Positions 18,262 through 26,018 of a DNA stretch of 64,000 nt are shown here, one piece after another (the first letter of the stretch is position 1; every line of letters begins with the position of its first letter). Both the position numbers and the translations under genes were made by a program. The stretch covers positions 96,001-160,000 of the forward strand of contig CBDCCK010000002.1 in the NCBI GenBank assembly GCA_965214835.1, in the 5' to 3' direction. The notes under the pieces are model-generated. The model ran no database searches, was not told the DNA's origin, and saw nothing but the letters and a program-made list of their open reading frames with translations. The DNA comes from Nitrosopumilaceae archaeon. Its GTDB lineage: Archaea > Thermoproteota > Nitrososphaeria > Nitrososphaerales > Nitrosopumilaceae.

Positions 18262-18636
18262 CTAATGGAAGTTACACCACGTCCAGTACGAGCCCCAGTT
18301 CTCATCTTCCTGAACCCAGACTTTGTAACAATGGGGACACTTCACGTCAAACGGCGCCTCACGAGCCAATCGGAGAACCTCCCGGGTGCAATCCCAGAAA
18401 CGGCGCCATTTGGTTCTCAGGCTACAACCATAGCCATACCAGAGGCGCAGTTCGCAAAGGCGTTCTGCATGGCGCAGGGTACAACCGTGCAGACATGCAC
18501 ACGACTCAGGCCTGAAATTACGGTAGAGTTGATAGCAGACGCGCACCCACAGGTGTGAATAGATGCCTCTTTTTTTCACACGAGGGTATTTTGCCAGTGC
18601 TGTCTTTTCGTCGTAATAGATGCTTTTCGAAGTCAT
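18262..18636 (-). CDS. Cys-rich hypothetical protein
   Basis: Starts MTSKSIYY at the hammerhead; CPHC...CNFH end. Confidence 0.65.
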   Translation of the reverse strand: MTSKSIYYDEKTALAKYPRVKKRGIYSHLWVRVCYQLYRNFRPESCACLHGCTLRHAERLCELRLWYGYGCSLRTKWRRFWDCTREVLRLAREAPFDVKCPHCYKVWVQEDENWGSYWTWCNFH

Positions 18637-18707
18637 AGACGCCCAAAAATCTGGCGTTTCGGGCTTGCGTGAGCCCCTTGCGGGACTGGCCCAATCATCA
18701 GTATGAC
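18632..18707 (-). ncRNA. Type I hammerhead ribozyme overlapping a start codon
   Basis: GTCATA-CTGATGA-TT-GGGC..GCCC-GAAA-CGCC..GGCG-TC-TATGAC. Confidence 0.9.
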
Positions 18708-18790
18708 CGTTGAGTGAAAGTAAGAAGAAGGAAAAAAGAATGGGAGGGGAGGCCATGAGAGGGCCATCCCCGATCAAAGGTTCGAACGGC

Positions 18791-18919
18791 TCACCGGTAT
18801 ACCGGTACGGTACGCCCCAGGTTCCGGAGGTAGCATTCATCCTTGAAATCTGCTATGGCTGCCAGCTCATCGGACTTCTCAAGGTCCTCTGCTGCGCCTG
18901 TTTCATAGATGTAATCCAT
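18791..18919 (-). CDS. MDYIY micropeptide, copy 2
   Basis: MDYIYETGAAEDLEKSDELAAIADFKDECYLRNLGRTVPVYR. Confidence 0.55.
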   Translation of the reverse strand: MDYIYETGAAEDLEKSDELAAIADFKDECYLRNLGRTVPVYR

Positions 18920-18978
18920 GAGCGTAATGTGGAAATTCTTGTAAAGTGTAAATTGTAAAAAGAAAAAAAAAGGGGGGA

Positions 18979-19533
18979 TCAGTCTCTGCCGAAGAGACTG
19001 TTCCATTGTGCCAGGAGGCGACCAAAGACAGGCCACGAATACCCGTCGTCGTGACAAGGATGCGCGCCATACCTTCCAACGAAGAGATCGGCCCATACCT
19101 CGCTGGCAAAACTCTCACGATTCATGAGTCCATCGGCCATCTCCCGATGGCAGTGCCTCGTGAGCGCAGAGAGGTTCATGCCGTGTTTGATGGCGTGCCC
19201 TATCCACTCGGGATCGCCGGAGCGCGGCAGCAGGTTGGCCTCGTGATGCCCAAGCTCGTGGTAGAGTGTGTTCCTGACACACGCGCCGCAGTGCTGAATG
19301 CCGCAGATGGCAATCTCCATTGAGGAAGGGTCATAGTACCCGTAACAGTCAGGTCTCGAATCTTCCACGTAAAGGAGGCAGACGCCGCGCCTCAGGTACG
19401 ACGGTATGCGAAAATACTCCTCACGGATCATCTCGACTTCGTGGACGTACGGGCGCATCTCCGCGCAGACGGACACTGCCGTCTGTGGTTGCTCGCGGGG
19501 TCGGCTATTGAAGTGGTGAACAGATGTGTTCAT
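18979..19533 (-). CDS. Zincin-like HExxH metallopeptidase
   Basis: GYYDP...YHELGH...SEVWAD (gluzincin-type third ligand). Confidence 0.75.
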   Translation of the reverse strand: MNTSVHHFNSRPREQPQTAVSVCAEMRPYVHEVEMIREEYFRIPSYLRRGVCLLYVEDSRPDCYGYYDPSSMEIAICGIQHCGACVRNTLYHELGHHEANLLPRSGDPEWIGHAIKHGMNLSALTRHCHREMADGLMNRESFASEVWADLFVGRYGAHPCHDDGYSWPVFGRLLAQWNSLFGRD

Positions 19534-19601
19534 TGTAATGTGTAACATGGAAAAAATGGGGGATGGGATGCGACAAACAGCCGCATCCGGATGAGGGGAC
19601 T

Positions 19602-19691
19602 TTAGTCCCAGATTTCCCGGTCTTCGGGATCCTCTTCGAACTCGCGGATTATGCGAGGGTAAAAGGGTGTCTTTTTCTTTTTGGAATTCAT
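19602..19691 (-). CDS. Possible 29-aa micropeptide (MNSKKKK...)
   Basis: Short ORF followed by hairpins and a T-tract; identical copy at 21411..21500. Confidence 0.3.
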   Translation of the reverse strand: MNSKKKKTPFYPRIIREFEEDPEDREIWD

Positions 19692-19817
19692 TACTGAAAT
19701 TTCTGGAATCAGGAAATGCCAAAGTCCTCTGCTGCGCCTGTTTCATAGATGTAATCCATGAGCGTAATGTGGAAATTCTTGTAAAGTGTAAATTGTAAAA
19801 AGAAAAAAAAAGGGGGA

Positions 19818-20375
19818 TCAGTCTCTGCCGAAGAGACTGTTCCATTTGGGGAGCAGGCGCCTGTAGGTGTCCCACGAATAGTGGAAACAGCTCCATCTGG
19901 ATCCGTGCCTTCCAACGAAGAACTCTGCAAAGACTTCCCCTGCGAATGTGTGCGTGTCCATCTCGCCGCGCTCCATCTTCTGATGGCAGAACTCAGTGTA
20001 CCACGAAAGGCTCCTGCCAAACTCAAGGGATGCAGCAGTCCAGTCCGGGTGTGCCCAGAGCTTGTGCGTCTTGGAGCAGTGGTGCCCGAGCTCATGGTAG
20101 ATGAGAGACCTTACGCATCTGCGACAGTGCTGCAATCCACAGACGGTGATCGTCTGATCCGTCCAACAATAGAACCCTCCACCTTCCGGTCTGGGCCCTG
20201 CAATGTGCAGACAGCGGATACCGCGCCTGAGATCAGGGCGGACGCGAAAGTACTCCTTGCGGATTATTCTGACAGCATGCTCATGTACGAGCATTTCCTT
20301 GCTGACAGTGAACTTCGGCGTGTAGCGCTCCGGAGAGCGTCGGCATTTGAAGATGTTTGTAAACATGTTCACCAT
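19818..20375 (-). CDS. Zincin-like HExxH metallopeptidase (divergent paralogue)
   Basis: GFYCW...YHELGH...GEVFAEFF; ends WNSLFGRD like its paralogues. Confidence 0.75.
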   Translation of the reverse strand: MVNMFTNIFKCRRSPERYTPKFTVSKEMLVHEHAVRIIRKEYFRVRPDLRRGIRCLHIAGPRPEGGGFYCWTDQTITVCGLQHCRRCVRSLIYHELGHHCSKTHKLWAHPDWTAASLEFGRSLSWYTEFCHQKMERGEMDTHTFAGEVFAEFFVGRHGSRWSCFHYSWDTYRRLLPKWNSLFGRD

Positions 20376-20600
20376 AATGTAGAAAAATCGGGGTATCGTA
20401 GTGAGAGGTCTTGAAAAAACCTGTCACTCTGCGTTCTAGACTTTGGATTCGCGGAACCTGCGGCGGCCGGGACACTTCACACCAGCGCCGGTGCCACAGG
20501 GATTGTTGGAGGTTGTGATTCTGGAAAATCCTGAAAAACTGAAAGAAAAAGAATGGGTGGGGAGGACTTGAGGATCCTCCCGGATCGAGGAGCGAATGAC

Positions 20601-20729
20601 TCACCGGCTGGCTGGTACGGTACGTCCCAGGTTCCTGAGATAACATTCGTCCTTGAAATCTGCTATGGCTGCCAGCTCATCGGAGGTCTCAAAGTCCTCT
20701 GCTGCGCCTGTTTCATAGATGTAATCCAT
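20601..20729 (-). CDS. MDYIY micropeptide, copy 4 (copy 3 at 19709..19759 is truncated)
   Basis: MDYIYETGAAEDFETSDELAAIADFKDECYLRNLGRTVPASR. Confidence 0.55.
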   Translation of the reverse strand: MDYIYETGAAEDFETSDELAAIADFKDECYLRNLGRTVPASR

Positions 20730-20787
20730 GAGTGTAATGTGGAAATTCTTGTAAAGTGTAAATTGTAAAAAGAAAAAAAGGGGTGGA

Positions 20788-21342
20788 TCAGTCTCCGCCG
20801 AAGAGACTGTTCCATTGTGCCAGGAGGCGACCAAAGACAGGCCACGAATACCCGTCGTCGTGACAAGGATGCGCGCCATACCTTCCAACGAAGAGCTCGG
20901 CCCATACCTCGCTGGCAAAACTCTCACGATTCATGAGTCCATCGGCCATCTCCCGATGGCAGTGCCTCGTGAGCGCAGAGAGGTTCATGCCGTGTTTGAT
21001 GGCGTGCCCTATCCACTCGGGATCGCCGGAGCGCGGCAGCATGTTGGCCTCGTGATGCCCAAGCTCGTGGTAGAGTGTGTTCCTGACACACGCGCCGCAG
21101 TGCTGAATGCCGCAGATGGCAATCTCCATTGAGGAAGGGTCATAGTACCCGTAACAGTCAGGTCTCGAATCTTCCACGTAAAGGAGGCAGACGCCGCGCC
21201 TCAGGTACGACGGTGTGCGAAAATACTCCTCACGGATCATCTCGACTTCGTGGACGTACGGGCGCATCTCCGCGCAGACGGACACTGCCGTCTGTGGTTG
21301 CTCGCGGGGTCGGCTATTGAAGTGGTGAACAGATGTGTTCAT
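20788..21342 (-). CDS. Zincin-like HExxH metallopeptidase (near-identical to 18979..19533)
   Basis: Duplicated at a 1809-bp offset; YHELGH motif. Confidence 0.75.
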   Translation of the reverse strand: MNTSVHHFNSRPREQPQTAVSVCAEMRPYVHEVEMIREEYFRTPSYLRRGVCLLYVEDSRPDCYGYYDPSSMEIAICGIQHCGACVRNTLYHELGHHEANMLPRSGDPEWIGHAIKHGMNLSALTRHCHREMADGLMNRESFASEVWAELFVGRYGAHPCHDDGYSWPVFGRLLAQWNSLFGGD

Positions 21343-21577
21343 TGTAATGTGTAACATGGAAAAAATGGGGGATGGGATGCGACAAACAGCCGCATCCGGA
21401 TGAGGGGACTTTAGTCCCAGATTTCCCGGTCTTCGGGATCCTCTTCGAACTCGCGGATTATGCGAGGGTAAAAGGGTGTCTTTTTCTTTTTGGAATTCAT
21501 TACTGAAATTTCTGGAATCAGGAAATGCCAAAGTCGGCGGAGTTATATGGTGGGATAATTGTACAGGAAATGGTGAT

Positions 21578-23172
21578 GAGGGCTCAGACTGCTCCCTGTC
21601 TTCATTGCATCGCAGTGATGCTCAGAATGAATGGTGTCTCATCATCGCCCTCGTTTGTGTAGCAGAATAATGCGGGAATCTAATCGGCAAAGCAGGTTGG
21701 AGTTATATTACAGAATAATGATTCAGGAAATGGTGATGAGGGCTCAGACAACGCCAGATTCATCATGAATCAGACTGGGGGTGTCTCATCATCGCCCTCG
21801 TTTGTGTAGCAGAATAATGCGGGAATTTTCAAAGTCAGAATGGCTGGAGTTATATGGTGGAGTGTGGTACGAAACATGGTGATGAGGGCTCAGATGTCAC
21901 GGCTTTCTTCATAGCCACGACAGGCTCGGAGATTATTGCTGATCTCGGCCCTTTGTTCTTCATCATCGCCCTCGTTTGTGTAGCAGAATAATGCGGGAAT
22001 TTTCAAAGTCAGAATGGCTGGAGTTATATGGTGGAGTGTGGTACGAAACATGGTGATGAGGGCTCAGACAACGCCAGATTCATCATGAATCAGACTGTGT
22101 GTGTCTCATCATCGCCCTCGTTTGTGTAGCAGAATAATGCGGGAATTTTCAAAGTTGGAATGGCTGGAGTTATATGGTGGAGTGTGGTACGAAACATGGT
22201 GATGAGGGCTCAGACAACGCCAGATTCATCATGAATCAGACTGTTGGTGTCTCATCATCGCCCTCGTTTGTACAGCATAATTTGCAGAAGTTTCTGCTTC
22301 AAAGTTGGCTGGAGTTATATGGTGGAGTGTGGTACGAAACATGGTGATGAGGGCTCAGACTGATCTCTGTCGTCATTGCATCGCAGTGATGCTCAGTATG
22401 AATGGTGTCTCATCATCGCCCTCGTTTGTGTAGCGGAATAATGCGGGAATCTAATCGGCAAAGCAGGTTGGAGTTATATTACAGAATAATGATTCAGGAA
22501 ATGGTGATGAGGGCTCAGATAGGTAGCTGTCTTCATTCACGAAGTCAGAATAACAGGCTGTCATCATCGCCCTCGTCTGTGTAGCGGAACAATACGGGAA
22601 TCTCGGCGGCAAATCAGGTTGGAGTTATATGGTGGGATGATAATTCAGGAAATGGTGATGAGGGCTCAGACTGACTCGACCGTCATTGCATCACAATGAT
22701 GCTCCGGATGAATGGAACTCATCATCGCCCTTGTTTGTGTAGCGGAATAATACGAAAATCAAAAGTTAGAATGGCTGAAGTTATATGGTGGAGTGTGGTA
22801 CGAAACATGGTGATGAGGGCTCAGAATGCTAACTGTCTTCATTCGTGAAGTCAGTATAACAGGCTGTCATCATCGCCCTCGTTTGTGTAGCAGAATAATG
22901 CCGGAATGACCGGGTTGGAGTTATATTGCAGAATGATGATTCGGGAAATGGTGATGAGGGCTCAGACCTATAGCTGTCTTCATTCGTGAAGTCAGAATGA
23001 ATGGAACTCATCATCGCCCTCGTTTGTGTAGCAGAATAATGCGGGAATCTAATCGGCAAAGCAGGTTGGAGTTATATTGTGGAATGATAATTCAGGAAAT
23101 GGTGATGAGGGCTCAGATAGGTAGCTGTCTTCATTCGTGAAGTCAGAATGAATGGAACTCATCATCGCCCTC
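21578..23172 (-). ncRNA. Tandem array of 11 box C/D guide sRNAs
   Basis: Each unit reads GAGGGCG-ATGATGA(C)-guide-CTGA(D')-loop-ATGAAGA/ATGATGA/ATGACGR(C')-guide-CTGA(D)-GCCCTC. Units: 21578-21652, 21738-21799, 21884-21973, 22058-22119, 22204-22265, 22349-22423, 22509-22574, 22660-22732, 22815-22880, 22956-23021, 23107-23172. Confidence 0.9.
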
Positions 23173-23271
23173 GTTTGTGCAGCGTAATAATGCCGGGATG
23201 GATCTGTATCTCAATCAAGTCGGACAGTCAGTTGCAGGGGGGTATAATGCTCAAAAAATGGCTGGTTTTGC

Positions 23272-23509
23272 CGTCCTCGAATTCGGGGACGCTTGGCGGA
23301 TTTTTCGGCGTTTTTGAAGAGTTGTCTTAAAGATAGAGATTTTTCCTAATGTTGCAGTTCTGTTTTGTTTGGGATTATTCCCGGTTTTTTGTGCCTACCT
23401 CTGGATCTTTTGTATTAAGGACGTTTTGCGGGGGTATACTATCCAGTTTTTGGGGGCGTCCCCGATACCGGGGACGGAGGGGCAAAAGCGTCCCCGAATT
23501 CGGGGACGC
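23272..23509. promoter_or_regulatory. Three palindromic operator/centromere-like sites
   Basis: Perfect 22-bp palindrome GCGTCCCCGAATTCGGGGACGC at 23488..23509; variants at 23272..23292 and 23456..23476. Confidence 0.65.
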
Positions 23510-23547
23510 CTTTTTGGCCATTAAATGCAAACCGTGCTGCGGTATGC

Positions 23548-24459
23548 ATGGGAAGAAGCACAGAGTCCACGCCGGCCGGCGGGAAGGCGGCATCTCTAGG
23601 AGGCGCCGACATCGCCGTCGGGCTGGACATCGGGACAGGATCAGTCAAGGTCGCGACCAGAAGGCACCGCTTCAAGTTCCCGTCGGTCGTGGCAAGGGGC
23701 CGGGCAATATCCGTCGACGGCTCGGAGCCCGAGTCCGTGTTTGTCGGGGAGCAGGCAATGCGGCAGGAGCACGTCAGGTCCATGCTGCTCAAGACGCCAG
23801 TATACCGGGGGGTGCCGACTGCGATGGACGACTATATCGAGCTGGTGCGGCACGCCCTCGACCTGGTGATCAGGGCCGACAGGAACACGGTCTGGCACGG
23901 GCCGTCAGGATACTCGGAGATGGCAATAGTGGCAGGCATCCCGTACAACTCGCGGGACAGGGTGGAGGCCATAAAGAAGGCAGTGCAGGCCGAGTTTGCC
24001 CCGCACAGGTTCGGCGTGATGTTCCAGGCCAGGGCAACGCTTGAAAACGAGGGGATGAGGGACGGAATAGTGTGCCATATCGGCCACGGGACGACAGAGA
24101 TGATGGCGGTAATCGGCGGGAACACCGCATACGGGGAGACCGTGCCTCACGGCGTGGGAGACGTCGTCATGGCAGTCACGGGATCCAGGACAGGATACAC
24201 CGACCACTCGGTGTTTGCTTCGGGCTCGCAGCTGCTGGCAGAAAACAGGCGCATACTTGCCGGCCACATAGCCGACAGCCTTGAGAAGATAGTCATAGAC
24301 TATCCGGGGCTGGACGTGGTGTTTGCAGGCGGCGGGGCGCTTGTACCGAAGCTGGTAGGCGAGATACGGGTCAGGACGTCGGGGACTGTCAGGACGGCAG
24401 ACGAGCCGGTGTTTTCAAACGCCCTGGGAATGCTGAAGAAGGCGACGGGGCTGTGCTGA
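23548..24459 (+). CDS. ParM/StbA-like actin-family ATPase
   Basis: GLDIGTGSVK (phosphate 1), HIGHGTTE (phosphate 2), AGGGA (adenosine), NALG (connect 2). Confidence 0.85.
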   Translation: MGRSTESTPAGGKAASLGGADIAVGLDIGTGSVKVATRRHRFKFPSVVARGRAISVDGSEPESVFVGEQAMRQEHVRSMLLKTPVYRGVPTAMDDYIELVRHALDLVIRADRNTVWHGPSGYSEMAIVAGIPYNSRDRVEAIKKAVQAEFAPHRFGVMFQARATLENEGMRDGIVCHIGHGTTEMMAVIGGNTAYGETVPHGVGDVVMAVTGSRTGYTDHSVFASGSQLLAENRRILAGHIADSLEKIVIDYPGLDVVFAGGGALVPKLVGEIRVRTSGTVRTADEPVFSNALGMLKKATGLC

Positions 24460-24707
24460 CGCCGCGAGACCGCCGGTACCTGGAGTCCCCGGGATCGCTG
24501 TCAGGCGAGGCAAGGAGGAAGGCAAGGTACAGGATGAGGGCTAGGATTGCGGCAGTGATGGATGATGCGCGGCTGCTCATGAGCAATGCCGAGACGGTGA
24601 GGCGGGAGTTTGGAATCGACGTGCGCGGGATCCTGCAGGACGGGGCTGAGGAGGCGCAACAGGAAAAGGAAGCCGTGGAGGCCGGAGGGGATCCGGATCT
24701 GCTGTAG
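24453..24707 (+). CDS. Small basic protein, candidate partition adaptor
   Basis: Overlaps the end of the ParM-like gene; basic helical N-terminus and acidic tail. Confidence 0.55.
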   Translation: MLTPRDRRYLESPGSLSGEARRKARYRMRARIAAVMDDARLLMSNAETVRREFGIDVRGILQDGAEEAQQEKEAVEAGGDPDLL

Positions 24708-24720
24708 CGGGGATGCCGGA

Positions 24721-25578
24721 ATGCGGGAAATGACTGCCGGATCCGGGGATCGTGGCGCCGGAGGTGCCAAAAAACTTGAGACGGTAAGGGAGAGGGTAGG
24801 CAGGCCGTATTACGGGGATGACAGGGTGCTGCTGTACAACCTTGACTGCCAGGAGCTGATGCGCAGGATAGGATCACCGGTAGTCGACCTGACGGTGACA
24901 TCCCCGCCGTACAACATCGGAAAGGAGTACGAGCGCGTTCGGAGGCCGGAGGACTATCTTGCGTGGTGCGGCGCATGGATGAGGCAGATCTTCGAGATAA
25001 CGGACGGGCGCGGTGCCTTCTGGCTCAACCTTGGGTACTTTGAGCTGCCGGGGAGGGCAAGGGCGGTCCCCATAAGCTACCTACTGTGGGACAGGACACC
25101 GTTTTACCTGATGCAGGAGATCGTGTGGCACTACAGGGCCGGGGTGTCGGCAAAGAGGCGCTTTGCGCCAAGGAACGAGAAATACCTGTGGTATGTCAAG
25201 AACGGGGACTCGTACACGTTCAATCTGGACGCCGTAAGGGATCCGGACGTGGCGTATCCTAAACAGAAAAAGAACGGCAAGCTAAGGTGCAACCCGCTCG
25301 GGAAGAACCCGACAGACGTGTGGGAGATTCCAAAGGTCACATCAGGCAGAAACAGATCGTCCCCGGAGCGGGCTGAACATCCGGCGCAGTCGCCCCTTGC
25401 CGTCCTTGACAGGATAATAAGGGCCTCAAGCAATATCGGCGACCTTGTCTTTGATCCGTTCGTCGGCTCCGGCAGTACGGTTATCTCATGTGTGGCCAGC
25501 GGCAGGAAGGTGATAGGATGCGATACCAACGCGGGATACCTGGACGTGGCCGTGGAGCGGATCCGGGCTGCGGGCTGA
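24721..25578 (+). CDS. N4C/N6A DNA methyltransferase (beta arrangement)
   Basis: TSPPY precedes HPAQSP and DPFVGSGS. Confidence 0.9.
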   Translation: MREMTAGSGDRGAGGAKKLETVRERVGRPYYGDDRVLLYNLDCQELMRRIGSPVVDLTVTSPPYNIGKEYERVRRPEDYLAWCGAWMRQIFEITDGRGAFWLNLGYFELPGRARAVPISYLLWDRTPFYLMQEIVWHYRAGVSAKRRFAPRNEKYLWYVKNGDSYTFNLDAVRDPDVAYPKQKKNGKLRCNPLGKNPTDVWEIPKVTSGRNRSSPERAEHPAQSPLAVLDRIIRASSNIGDLVFDPFVGSGSTVISCVASGRKVIGCDTNAGYLDVAVERIRAAG

Positions 25579-26018
25579 CTGCCGCCCTCGGGGAATAATG
25601 CGGCATCCGGGCCTGAAACTGCAGGACACGGAACGTCAGGCAGCGCCTGTATCCGGGGCGCCAACCGGATCCACTGCAAGCTCAAAACCGGACTCTTCCA
25701 TGGACGCGGCGATCCTCTTTGAGGTATCCACGCAAAGCATGCACGTCTCGTCGGATATGACGCCGAGCCCCCCTGCGCGACCTTTTTCCATAGACCCGTG
25801 ACGATGGCACGTCATACGGCGGGGCCATCATATCGTCCACGTCGCGATCGCATTTCCGGCTACGGCGGTATCCTGCGCGCCGGGCGGTTCCGGTGCCTAC
25901 GAGCCAGGCCATGTTGCAGATACCCTGAACTCCTTTAGTGTAACAGGTCGGGCTCTGGAAGTTCAGGCATGAATTTTACCACCAAAGAGGCCTCCGCAGA
26001 TGTAATTCGTGCCTAAAA

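Noticed and set aside
18979-21531. Long N-terminal extensions of ORFs 18979..19896, 20788..21531 and 18262..18840
   Set aside because: They run through T-tracts, hairpins, a ribozyme or other genes; paralogue alignment supports starts at 19533, 21342 and 18636.
21571-23172. Plus-strand reading of the units (GTGATGA box C with TTATAT as TATA)
   Set aside because: The plus strand lacks correctly placed CTGA boxes; only the minus strand gives C-D'-C'-D in order inside a terminal stem. Antisense transcription is not excluded.
21540-23200. Reading the tandem array as a CRISPR array
   Set aside because: The period is 140-175 nt, the variable parts are two short segments framed by C/D boxes and are reused between units, and there are no unique 30-40-nt spacers.
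22402-23330. Short ORFs over the array (22402..22584, 22829..23059, 23148..23330)
   Set aside because: They are translations of repeats with no frame conserved between units.
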